Source of the DNA: Candidatus Cloacimonadota bacterium
Lineage (GTDB): Bacteria > Cloacimonadota > Cloacimonadia > G963667145
Direction of reading: 5' to 3'
Length of the DNA stretch: 64,000 bases
NCBI GenBank assembly: GCA_963667255.1
Contig: OY762940.1
Location: 640,001-704,000, forward strand
Shown: positions 38,956 to 47,667 of the stretch, piece after piece
Position numbering within the stretch: position 1 is the first letter of the stretch
Layout: each line of letters starts with the position of its first letter
Program-made: the position numbers and the translations under genes
Notes under the pieces: generated by a model
Database searches by the model: none
The model's input: the letters and a program-made list of their open reading frames with translations, nothing else
Told to the model about the DNA's origin: nothing

Positions 38956-40090
38956 AAAGTTTATATTAGCTCTTTTTTTTGCGGTTTTTAGTTCTGCTCT
39001 TTTTGCTCAGTTTGAGTATAATGAGTTTTCTAATATGAGTGCTATTGGAACTACTCCCAGGAGTGACAGGTCGGAGGTTCGTAATATTTCTCGGATTATG
39101 ATGAGGGTAAAGGAGTCCGTGCTCAATTTTCCACTGGGCGTTAGAAGAGTGGCAGTTTATAGGATTAGAGCGGATAGAGATGCTATTTCTGTAGGAATGG
39201 TTAGATTTGTTAAATCAAAGTTAGAGCAAGTCCTTTTGGATAATGAATTGATAGAACTTGTAGTCGTCCCTGAATTTAACTTGGCGAGAGTTAAAATAAC
39301 TGACACATCTTTTAGCTATGTAAACTCTGCTAGATCGTTTGCAGAGCTTAGGTCTTTGGGCGAGAGATACGAGATAGATGCCTTTATCGAGGGTGAATGT
39401 ACTCGTAGTGCTTATGGGGACATTTTGCTTTCTTTGAAAATGGTTAGCAATAAGACTGGTGAGATTATTTGGTCTAAGGCGTTTATAGAAGGTCCTAACA
39501 ACGACCGTGACATTGAGATTCCGAAACAATATGCTATGAATTTTGATGTTGGTTTCTTTACTGTTAATCAGTATTATGGTGGTGTTTCTCTTTTTGGTAC
39601 AGACAATATGGGGGGCAAATCTACCAATACTGTGGTCATGACAGACTATCGTATCGGAGTAACTCGTAAGCAAATCTCCAATTTCAGCTTTGCTCCAGTG
39701 ATGATGACACTTTCTGGAGGATTGGCTATAGTTAATTGTCAGATAACGATGAACAACATAGATGGTTTTACCAAACTTGCTACTCCCTTCTTAGGTTATG
39801 GTTCAGGAGGAGTTTTAGCGAAGTATTTTAAAAAAGAAAGCAAAACTAAAACTTTGAAAGAGAATTACTGGTTTAAACCGTATATGAAAGGATATTTTTA
39901 TGTTCCGATTAACTATTCGGGAAGTTTTATGTCTTTGATGATAGGAGCTAATTCTGATGTTAGTGAGGATATAGAGGTTGGTGGTGGTCTTGGAGTCATG
40001 CCTTTTGGGAGAAAATTGACTAAAAATAGTACTAATTATATAGAGTTTGGAGTTATGAAATATGAGATTAACATTAGTTATAATTTCTAG
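38945..40090 (+). CDS. Exported FlgO/CsgG-like protein with probable C-terminal outer-membrane beta-barrel
   Basis: Signal peptide; LGERYEIDAFIEG...LKMVSNKTGEIIWS; alternating beta strands ending YEINISYNF. Confidence 0.6.
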   Translation: MSIRKFILALFFAVFSSALFAQFEYNEFSNMSAIGTTPRSDRSEVRNISRIMMRVKESVLNFPLGVRRVAVYRIRADRDAISVGMVRFVKSKLEQVLLDNELIELVVVPEFNLARVKITDTSFSYVNSARSFAELRSLGERYEIDAFIEGECTRSAYGDILLSLKMVSNKTGEIIWSKAFIEGPNNDRDIEIPKQYAMNFDVGFFTVNQYYGGVSLFGTDNMGGKSTNTVVMTDYRIGVTRKQISNFSFAPVMMTLSGGLAIVNCQITMNNIDGFTKLATPFLGYGSGGVLAKYFKKESKTKTLKENYWFKPYMKGYFYVPINYSGSFMSLMIGANSDVSEDIEVGGGLGVMPFGRKLTKNSTNYIEFGVMKYEINISYNF

Positions 40091-40745
40091 TATTTTTCTA
40101 CTTTCCGGTTGTTCTTTGTGGAATAAATATTTTGCAAAAACGGGAGTCACCGAGACGAGTAAAATTTCGGAGAAAGCTGCTGTGAATGCGACTTCTGGTT
40201 TGGGTAGTGCCGATATTGATAGAGGTCTTGGTGGAATAGGAGAGACAAAGCAGGAGACGACTATAATACAGCAAAATCCTATTAGACCGGGGAAGAATGA
40301 AATTCTCATAAAATACAGAAATAAGTCTTCGGAAGTTATTTTGAGTCTTGACCCGAGGGATAATAATGTGCAAATTGATGTTTCCAAAGCTCAATCTGCC
40401 GGAGATATGTTTTCCGAGAGTTCTATTCCTTTGAACTCTTCAGGAGATATGTCAGGTCGGTCTTCTGGGGGAGCACAAGGCAGTCCAGATGGTTCTGGTG
40501 ATAATGAAAAAGATATGTTAGCTAGAGCTCAAAGCAGTTTTTATAATGGTGATTATCAAAAATCTTTGCAACAAGTGAATAGTTCTATAAATACTAAACC
40601 CAATGCAGAGGCTTATGCCTTGAAAGGCAGTATTTACTACATGCTTGGCAATTTAGCATTGGCAAGAAAAAATTGGACTAACTCTCTGCGATTGGACAGC
40701 AATATCCAAGGTGTGAGACAAATGCTGAACATTATAGGAAATTAA
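40062..40745 (+). CDS. Lipoprotein with C-terminal TPR domain
   Basis: Lipobox LLSGC; AQSSFYNGDY...AEAYALKGSIYYMLG...W. Confidence 0.8.
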   Translation: MRLTLVIISSIFLLSGCSLWNKYFAKTGVTETSKISEKAAVNATSGLGSADIDRGLGGIGETKQETTIIQQNPIRPGKNEILIKYRNKSSEVILSLDPRDNNVQIDVSKAQSAGDMFSESSIPLNSSGDMSGRSSGGAQGSPDGSGDNEKDMLARAQSSFYNGDYQKSLQQVNSSINTKPNAEAYALKGSIYYMLGNLALARKNWTNSLRLDSNIQGVRQMLNIIGN

Positions 40746-40746
40746 G

Positions 40747-41553
40747 ATGGTTGGTTCTTTCAGTTCATTTTTGGCGTTTATTATCACATGGGTAATAGTA
40801 ATATTTTCTATTCTTGTAGCTACTTCCAATTGGCAGGTTTTTGTTAGCACTGCCAGCTTGCTGATTGTTATTGGTGGTACTATTGCCAGTGAGTTTATCG
40901 GGAGAGGGCTCAAAGAGACATTGGGAGCTCTTCTTTTTACTTTAAAATCTTTGTTCAAGCAGCCTATGGTAAGCAAGCATTTTGCTGCGGAAATTGATAG
41001 GATTAAAGGTTGGGCTGACAAAGTGCAGAGTGGAGGTAAGAAAGCTTATGATGAGATTTATTCTGAGGTTGCTGATCCATTCGAAAAATATGTTTTTTCT
41101 ATATTATCTACCGGTTATTCTGCAGATGAGTCGAGAGATTTTATCGCCAACGAAATCCAAAGAGAGTACCAAATTAGTGAGAGAAGGTCTCAGATTTTAA
41201 CTAATCTCGGTGGGAGTGCACCCGCTTTTGGTATGTTGGGAACTTTGTTGGGATTGGTAATTTTGCTCAGTCAACTTGATGACCCGTCCAAAATCGGTCC
41301 TGCTATGGCTGTTGCTCTCATTACTACTTTTTATGGATTGCTTTTGGCGAGATTGTTTTTTATTCCCGCTGCAAACAAATCTTATTCTACTGCTGAGGCG
41401 ATTTTGTTTAAGAAAAGAATGTTAATGGAAGGAGCATGTCTAATTATGCAGGATAAGTCCTCTTTCTACATTGAAGATTTTTTGCGTTCTTTTGTCGAGA
41501 AAGGGAAGTCAGATACTGTTGATGAAGATATAATTAGCGATAGTAATATTTAG
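40747..41553 (+). CDS. motA: MotA/PomA-family stator subunit
   Basis: SLLIVIGGT; APAFGMLGTLLGLV; DPSKIGPAMAVALITTFYG. Confidence 0.9.
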   Translation: MVGSFSSFLAFIITWVIVIFSILVATSNWQVFVSTASLLIVIGGTIASEFIGRGLKETLGALLFTLKSLFKQPMVSKHFAAEIDRIKGWADKVQSGGKKAYDEIYSEVADPFEKYVFSILSTGYSADESRDFIANEIQREYQISERRSQILTNLGGSAPAFGMLGTLLGLVILLSQLDDPSKIGPAMAVALITTFYGLLLARLFFIPAANKSYSTAEAILFKKRMLMEGACLIMQDKSSFYIEDFLRSFVEKGKSDTVDEDIISDSNI

Positions 41554-41561
41554 ATATTTTC

Positions 41562-42218
41562 ATGGAATTTCAGAAAAAATCTCCTAAGCCGATTGACGAA
41601 TCGTGGATGACGACTTATTCCGATTTGGTGACTTTGTTGCTGTGTTTTTTTGTGCTTTTGGTGTCTATGTCAAGCACAAACATGGGTATGTGGCAAGAAT
41701 TTAAAGAGGGATATCGTGCTGAAATTGAGGCTGCTGAAGACGATTTTGCTACTCCATTATCTAGAATGAAAGCCGATTTGGATTCTATGTTGATAGAAGA
41801 GAGAATGGCAGGCATTGTTTCCATTCGCCTAAATCGTTCTTCTATTACCATCAATATTTTGTCCGATGCACTTTATCGCACGGGCGAGGCGGTAATTATC
41901 AAAGAAAATATTGGGATTTTAAACAAGATTTCCGAGTCTATTAAGTCCATTAATTACTACGAACCGAAAATTGACATTGAGGGGCACACTGACGATGCTC
42001 CTATCCATAATTCCAAATTTCCGTCTAACTGGGAATTGTCTGTTGGCAGAGCGTCTAATATTGTGAGATATTTCATTTCTCAGGGAATAACTCCCGAACA
42101 GATGAAAGCCGCCGGATACGCTTATATCAAGCCTTTAGCTCCAAATAGAGACCAGGAAGGCAAGCCGATAAAGGCAAATCGCGATTTAAACCGTCGTGTC
42201 GTTATCGACATCCATTAG
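41562..42218 (+). CDS. motB: MotB/PomB-family stator subunit with OmpA-like peptidoglycan-binding domain
   Basis: WMTTYSDLVTLLLCFFVLL; IEGHTDD; SNWELS..RA; NRRV. Confidence 0.92.
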   Translation: MEFQKKSPKPIDESWMTTYSDLVTLLLCFFVLLVSMSSTNMGMWQEFKEGYRAEIEAAEDDFATPLSRMKADLDSMLIEERMAGIVSIRLNRSSITINILSDALYRTGEAVIIKENIGILNKISESIKSINYYEPKIDIEGHTDDAPIHNSKFPSNWELSVGRASNIVRYFISQGITPEQMKAAGYAYIKPLAPNRDQEGKPIKANRDLNRRVVIDIH

Positions 42219-43589
42219 GCTGTTTTTTATTTCTCTTATAGATTTCGGGCTAACAAACAAAGTCTTCTGATTTTTGTAGTTTACTTGTCCCATATCAGCA
42301 CCTTTTCGTTTCCATACATAGCGGATTTGCGTCCAATCTACCGCAACTTTTTCCGAATGCTTGGCTTTGGAATAATAAGCGGCTAAACTCGCAGCGATTT
42401 CCATCAGTTTCATGGAGATATTTTTTTTGAATGGATTAAAAATAACCACATGCGAACCTTTGATGGCTCTGGTGTGAAACCATAAATCTGTTTTGCCGGC
42501 TATGTTACAGGTGATTTTATTATTTTCGACATTGTTCCGCCCAATCATTATCTTGATATATTCGTCTATCTTCAGCTCTTTATACTCTTTTTTCTCGGTT
42601 TTCTTTTTAGCAGGGGAGCGTTTTACGATGCTGATTTCCTGAGTTTTATTTTCCAAATCAGCGATGGTGCTTTTTTTGGAACTAATTTGCTTTTCCAAAA
42701 TTTCTTTTCCCAAGAGAGCTTTTTTGTATTTTTTGAAGTAATGCTCTATGTTTTGGCGTGGAGACAAATCTCTTTTGAGTTTGAGCGAGATTTCGGGCAA
42801 ATTTGGGTCGTAATAATTGACCAACTTTATCTCTTCTACACCGATGGGAATTTTAGCAAAATTGCCTTTGAGCAGTTCACCTGACATTCGCCAAAATTCT
42901 AATTTATCGTAATCTTTAAGCGTTTCTTCCAATTTCCTAAGACTGTTTCTCTCTTTCGTTATCTGTTTTTCAATTATTTTTTCATTCTTTTGCTTGATAA
43001 CAGCTAATTTTTTGGGATAAAGTTTCTTGTAATAGAAATGCTCCAAATAGGCATTAACGGAGTTGAAAGAGTAGTCCTCGTCGTGCAGGGGTAGAGGTAG
43101 AGGAGAAAATTCGTGCGTGTTTTTGCTCTCAGGAGTTTTGTATTCTATTTTGGGCAAAATCTGTCTTTGCGGATTCTCGGCAAAGGTGTAAAACTTTTTG
43201 GCAGAAAGAATATTGTGTTCTTGGAGAAAAATAAGATTTTGTTTTCCAGTGATTAGCTCCACGACTATTTTCAGCGAGATTTTTTCCCCATAGATGGAGT
43301 TTTTTTCAAATTCAAAACAAATTATTCTGTCGTTACCCAGAATTTTAATCTTCGATAACAGAGCATTTTTAAAAACATTGGAAATCCCCGATAGAGTTGG
43401 TTTGAAATCTAAAATATCTGTTTCTGTGAAGAAGCAAAAGCTATTTTCTCCAGAGAGATTGATTTGGAGAAATTTGTTCCCATTTATAAAAGAAAGCCGA
43501 AATTGGTCTTCAAATCTTTCGATTTCTTTGACTTTTAGTGTTTCGCCAAACGGTTCGTTGCACCATTGAACAAGAGTAGAATAATCCAT
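42186..43589 (-). CDS. rqcH: NFACT/FbpA-family ribosome quality control protein (RqcH-like)
   Basis: DRII.F; VELITGKQNLI; QN..HYFKKYKK; GRNN.EN; WFH...GSHV; AAYYSK. Confidence 0.85.
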   Translation of the reverse strand: MDYSTLVQWCNEPFGETLKVKEIERFEDQFRLSFINGNKFLQINLSGENSFCFFTETDILDFKPTLSGISNVFKNALLSKIKILGNDRIICFEFEKNSIYGEKISLKIVVELITGKQNLIFLQEHNILSAKKFYTFAENPQRQILPKIEYKTPESKNTHEFSPLPLPLHDEDYSFNSVNAYLEHFYYKKLYPKKLAVIKQKNEKIIEKQITKERNSLRKLEETLKDYDKLEFWRMSGELLKGNFAKIPIGVEEIKLVNYYDPNLPEISLKLKRDLSPRQNIEHYFKKYKKALLGKEILEKQISSKKSTIADLENKTQEISIVKRSPAKKKTEKKEYKELKIDEYIKIMIGRNNVENNKITCNIAGKTDLWFHTRAIKGSHVVIFNPFKKNISMKLMEIAASLAAYYSKAKHSEKVAVDWTQIRYVWKRKGADMGQVNYKNQKTLFVSPKSIREIKNSLMDVDNDTTV

Positions 43590-43600
43590 TTAATTTTAAG

Positions 43601-43638
43601 AAAAAAAGGCAGACATTACGCTTTCATAAGTCTGCCTT
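43601..43638 (-). terminator. Intrinsic terminator after serA-like gene
   Basis: AAGGCAGAC/GTCTGCCTT stem; A run on + strand is the U tail on - strand. Confidence 0.7.
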
Positions 43639-43654
43639 AGAAATTTCAAATAAA

Positions 43655-44572
43655 CTATTTGTTCACTTGGAAAGTTTTAGTTCCGTCTTTGAAAAAGGCG
43701 ATAATTTGCTCTGCGGCAGCCACAGCAGCGTTTATATTAGCCTCTGCGGTTTGAGCACCCATCTTCTTGGGAGTGGCGAAGAAACGGTCGGTAAACGCTT
43801 TGAACTCGTCCAGTTTGTTGGGAGCAATATCCGTCATGTACTTGAACTTATTGTCTTCTTGCATCTTTTTTAGCAAGCCGTCTTCATCAATAACCTCTTT
43901 CCTCGCTGTGTTAATAAGGCAAGCACCTTTCGGCATTTTGGAAACAAGGTCATAGTTGATTGACTTCTTGGTTTTGTCGTTAGCAGGGATGTGCAAAGAC
44001 AAATAGTCAGATTTGCTGTAGAGCTCTTCGACAGAGCCGGCACAGGCATCGCAATCTTCCTCTATTTTGCATTTGTTGATGAACGGGTCGTAAGCGATTA
44101 CTTTCATGCCAAATCCCTTGGCGATGTTTCCCACGAGACAGCCGACATTTCCGTAAGCGTGAATACCCAAGGTTTTCCCTTTCAATTCACTGCCAGATTT
44201 CCCGTTGTAACAGCCACGAGCAGCCATTATCATCATTCCGAGAGCCAACTCGGCAACAGCGTTGGAGTTTTGTCCGGGTGTGTTCATCACCACGATGTTT
44301 TTTGCGGAGGCAGCTTCGCAGTCAACATTGTCGTATCCTGCACCAGCACGAACCACTATCTTTAGGTTTGGAGCAGCGTCCATCACTTCCTTGGTCACAT
44401 CGTCGCTCCTGATAATCAAAGCATCGCAATCGTCGACTGCGTTTACGAAATCGCTTTGCTCAGCGTAATTTTCAAAAAGCACCAACTCGTGCTCGGACTT
44501 GCTTACAGCTTCTTTTAGTTTGGATATGGCTTCGGCTGCAAAAGGTTTTTGGGTTGCTACCAAAATTTTCAT
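43655..44572 (-). CDS. serA: D-3-phosphoglycerate dehydrogenase-like 2-hydroxyacid dehydrogenase (short form)
   Basis: RAGAGYDNVD; NTPGQNSNAVAEL; INTAR; GAQTAEA. Confidence 0.8.
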   Translation of the reverse strand: MKILVATQKPFAAEAISKLKEAVSKSEHELVLFENYAEQSDFVNAVDDCDALIIRSDDVTKEVMDAAPNLKIVVRAGAGYDNVDCEAASAKNIVVMNTPGQNSNAVAELALGMMIMAARGCYNGKSGSELKGKTLGIHAYGNVGCLVGNIAKGFGMKVIAYDPFINKCKIEEDCDACAGSVEELYSKSDYLSLHIPANDKTKKSINYDLVSKMPKGACLINTARKEVIDEDGLLKKMQEDNKFKYMTDIAPNKLDEFKAFTDRFFATPKKMGAQTAEANINAAVAAAEQIIAFFKDGTKTFQVNK

Positions 44573-44720
44573 ATCTATCTCCTTTTCGGTAAAGTATTTT
44601 AACACCACTTAAATCGAATAAGCTAAAAATTAGTCAATAAAATATAGGGAATTTCTGATTGGGAAATGCTGATGCGAGATTTATTTGGGAATTTGGGTAT
44701 GGAAATTTTATTAAGGTGAA

Positions 44721-44822
44721 GAGTAACGTTAGGGATATACGAAGTTTTTCTGTAGCGTAGCGAAAGAAAAATTTGGGTGAAGCCCGAGCCGAGGGCTGAA
44801 CCGTATATCCCTTGTTATACGC
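44721..44822 (+). mobile_element. attC-like recombination hairpin
   Basis: ...TAAC left end; perfect 11-bp arms AGGGATATACG / CGTATATCCCT; two internal stems; GTTATAC right end. Confidence 0.65.
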
Positions 44823-44876
44823 CCCGACGCCTGAAAGGAGGAGAGCGCAGCGTGGCTTGAAGCGTAGCGGAGTGAG

Positions 44877-45498
44877 TTCAAAAATATTTTTCGTTTTGAC
44901 TCATTATAATAGGCTTTCAGAAAACTATACAAGTTTGGCTATTTTTTTTGCAAATACTTGAATGTTATTTTTCGCATCATCAAAAAGTTTTTCGCAATCA
45001 TTATAGTTCACTTTATCGAACAACTTATCTTTTAAAATATAATCAAATCTATTTGGATCTGGAGACATTGTGTATTTATGTTTCGCTTTGCTTAATTTGC
45101 TATGGTAGTTAATTTGTATCTTGCGATTCATTCCTGAGAGCCAAATTTCGTACTCAAATTTATTATGCGTGAAAGCGATAACAAACTTCAATCCTTTTGA
45201 TTGTAGTTCATCATTAGTAAATTGGAAATGCTAAGAATAATCCATATTGTTTTCAACAATATTTCCCGTGAACTTATAATCAGACATATTCCCCGATAAA
45301 TAAGTTCTAAGACCCCTAAAAAACTTTACAAATTCTTGATAACCCTTTTGTAGGTTGGTAGATTGTATAAGTTTTTTGTATTCATTGATGTAGTTAGCGT
45401 TGATTTTCATAATATTATCCTTAATGATTAAGTATTTATAAATTAATCGTTTTCTGAAAGCCTATCATCATTTTACCTCAAGAAAAATATTTTTTGAA
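44877..45498. repeat. About 50-bp bipartite inverted repeats flanking a single gene
   Basis: ATAGGCTTTCAGAAAAC 44909-44925 vs GTTTTCTGAAAGCCTAT 45449-45465; TTCAAAAATATTTTTC 44877-44892 vs GAAAAATATTTTTTGAA 45482-45498. Confidence 0.85.
44925..45410 (-). pseudogene. DUF7000-like hypothetical gene with in-frame amber stop
   Basis: ATG 45410 is in frame with ORF 44925-45191; single TAG at 45231-45233 (codon 60, NMDYS*HFQF). Confidence 0.7.
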
Positions 45499-45680
45499 TT
45501 GCGTATAACATCTGTGTATAGTTATTGTTCTTATACAGCCAAATTGGAGGGATAAACACAATTGTTTATATTTTTCTTTTATCATAACTGCTCCTTGCTA
45601 ACCAAAAAAATTCTAAATCGATTTATTTATACAATTCAATATTCTGTCAAGCCATAATTTCCCAAGAAAGAAAATTTGTG

Positions 45681-45714
45681 TTGACAATAAACACCGTTCA
45701 CTGAACAGTGTTCA
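45681..45714 (+). promoter_or_regulatory. Promoter with tandem operator-like palindromes
   Basis: TTGACA 45681; TAAACACCGTTCA 45688-45700; TGAACAGTGTTCA 45702-45714. Confidence 0.6.
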
Positions 45715-45732
45715 AAAATTTTAGGAGGAACG

Positions 45733-46497
45733 ATGAAAGGTTTGATGTTGGGTATAATTTTTAGTGTGGCATCGTGCTTATTTGCGGTGAGTGGACTGGA
45801 GGTGATGAAGATGGTGGACGAGCGAGATGACGGCAAGACGATGGTTTCCGAGAGCAAGATGGTGCTTACCAATAGGCAAGGCAAGCAGCGGATTCGTATG
45901 ACCAAAATGTTTAAGAAAGAGTATGGTCAGGACGAAAAATCTTTGTTTGTTTTTTTGGAGCCTGCCGATGTGGAAGGAACGGCTTTTTTGAATTGGTCGT
46001 ATGACGATATCAGCAAGGACGACGAGAAATGGCTTTATATGCCGGCTTTGCACAGAGTGAGACGGATTGCCTCATCTAACACCGGCGACTATTTTATGGG
46101 GACCGATTTTACTTACGACGATATGGGGCAGAGAGAGCCGGAAGAGGATACTCATGAGCTTTTGCGGGAAGAGACTCTTGAAGGTTTGGATTGCTGGGTG
46201 GTGGAGTCCAAGCCCAAAGAGGACGATTATCAGTATTCCAAAGTTGTCAGGTGGATTAGCAAGGAGTATCTTTTGCCGATAAAAGCGGAGTTTTACGACA
46301 AACGGGGAAGATATCTGAAGAAGATGACGGTTAGTAATATTCAAAAAATTGATGGAATTTGGACGGCTTTTTCTCGCTTGATGGAGAATGAGCAAGAGCA
46401 ACACACGACACTTTTACAGATACAAAATGTGAAATACAATCAGGAAATTTCCGACAGACTTTTTAAGGTTGCCAATTTGAAAAGGGGTAAATTTTGA
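45733..46497 (+). CDS. Outer-membrane lipoprotein-sorting (LolA-like) protein
   Basis: F..PADV.GT.FL; W.Y.PAL.RVRRI; FMGTDFTYDD. Confidence 0.88.
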   Translation: MKGLMLGIIFSVASCLFAVSGLEVMKMVDERDDGKTMVSESKMVLTNRQGKQRIRMTKMFKKEYGQDEKSLFVFLEPADVEGTAFLNWSYDDISKDDEKWLYMPALHRVRRIASSNTGDYFMGTDFTYDDMGQREPEEDTHELLREETLEGLDCWVVESKPKEDDYQYSKVVRWISKEYLLPIKAEFYDKRGRYLKKMTVSNIQKIDGIWTAFSRLMENEQEQHTTLLQIQNVKYNQEISDRLFKVANLKRGKF

Positions 46498-47651
46498 GGA
46501 AGAAATCGCTACTAACTTTGCTTTTTGTGCTTGTGAGTGTTTCCGCTTTTTCGCTTGATTTTGGTGGAGAGGTCAGCTCGTATCACGGTTGGCAGAGCAG
46601 GGAGAGCAACAAGAGTTTGATAAATCTCAACCAAGCATTGCTGAAGATTAGCCAAGAGGGGAGCGGCAATCTATTTTTCACCAGCTTAAAGGCAAAGTCC
46701 AACAACAATACCGACCAAAATGAGTTGAGTTTGAAGGAAGCCTATTTCGATTATTTTGCTGATGAGTGGGATTTTCGCTTTGGGCGACAATTGATTATTT
46801 GGGGCAAAGCCGATGGTTTGCGGATTACCGACCTTATTTGTCCGATGGATTACAGCTTTGGTCCAGGTCAAGATTTGGAGGATATGCGGATTCCTGTCGA
46901 TGCTTTCAAATTTAGCTATTATCCCGAATATTTCGATTTGGATTTGATTTTTTTGCCGACGGTTAGCGGGAATGTTTACCCTTTGGAAGACTCTGTGTGG
47001 AATGTTTACGGCTACAAAAATGTGCAACACAATTTGCCGGATAAGACCTTGGAGTCCTCGCAATTTGCAGGGCGATTAGGCAAAAATTTTGGTGCTTTTG
47101 ATTTTGCTGTGAGCGGATTTTATTGTTGGCTACCCGTGAGCAGTTTTTCGCAAGGGACTTTGCTTATCGATTACAAGCGAAGCACTATTTTCGGGTTGGA
47201 GGCTTCCACTTCCGTAGATGCTTTCGTTTTCAGATTTGAGTCGGTATATTATCGGCGAAACTTTTTTGCCAATGGGTCTGTGGAAAAGCCTTGGGCAGAT
47301 GCTTTGTTGGGAGTTGACTGGTATCTTGGGAATAATTGGACTATTATCGCTCAACTTGAGGCGGATTTGGTTTGCGATTATTCCAACAAAGTTGTTAGAG
47401 ATGAGTCGGAGAGCATGGGAACATTGACTTTGAAGAAGAAGTTGTTTCGCGAAAAATTGGAGTTGTCTCTGCAAACCGTGAACAATTTTGCTTATCACGA
47501 CATAGTTTGCAAGTCCGCAGTCAATTACGATTTTGGCGGAGGTCTGCACATTTTGCTTGGCTACGATTATTATGACGGCAAAACTCAGGGAACTTTCGGC
47601 AGATTTTCCGACAACTCTATGTTTTGGTGCAAGGGCAAATACTCTTTTTGA
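46494..47651 (+). CDS. Outer-membrane beta-barrel protein (DUF1302-like)
   Basis: Signal peptide; LKEAYFD; GRQLIIWGKADG; C-terminal KYSF. Confidence 0.7.
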   Translation: MRKKSLLTLLFVLVSVSAFSLDFGGEVSSYHGWQSRESNKSLINLNQALLKISQEGSGNLFFTSLKAKSNNNTDQNELSLKEAYFDYFADEWDFRFGRQLIIWGKADGLRITDLICPMDYSFGPGQDLEDMRIPVDAFKFSYYPEYFDLDLIFLPTVSGNVYPLEDSVWNVYGYKNVQHNLPDKTLESSQFAGRLGKNFGAFDFAVSGFYCWLPVSSFSQGTLLIDYKRSTIFGLEASTSVDAFVFRFESVYYRRNFFANGSVEKPWADALLGVDWYLGNNWTIIAQLEADLVCDYSNKVVRDESESMGTLTLKKKLFREKLELSLQTVNNFAYHDIVCKSAVNYDFGGGLHILLGYDYYDGKTQGTFGRFSDNSMFWCKGKYSF

Positions 47652-47667
47652 GTGAGGGGAGAAAATA

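Noticed and set aside
40747..42218. Zorya (ZorAB) or Tol/Exb system as the identity of the MotAB pair
   Set aside because: The A subunit is 268 aa with no long ZorA tail and no ZorC/D/E neighbours. The B subunit has the flagellar-type W..YxD TM plus an OmpA-like domain, unlike TolR/ExbD, and a FliG-like gene is in the operon.
42186..42218. 33-bp convergent overlap of motB and rqcH
   Set aside because: Short 3' overlaps are common, and both C-termini look complete.
44729..44932. 67-aa ORF over the attC-like hairpin
   Set aside because: It is explained by the structured repeat sequence and has no RBS or protein-like features.
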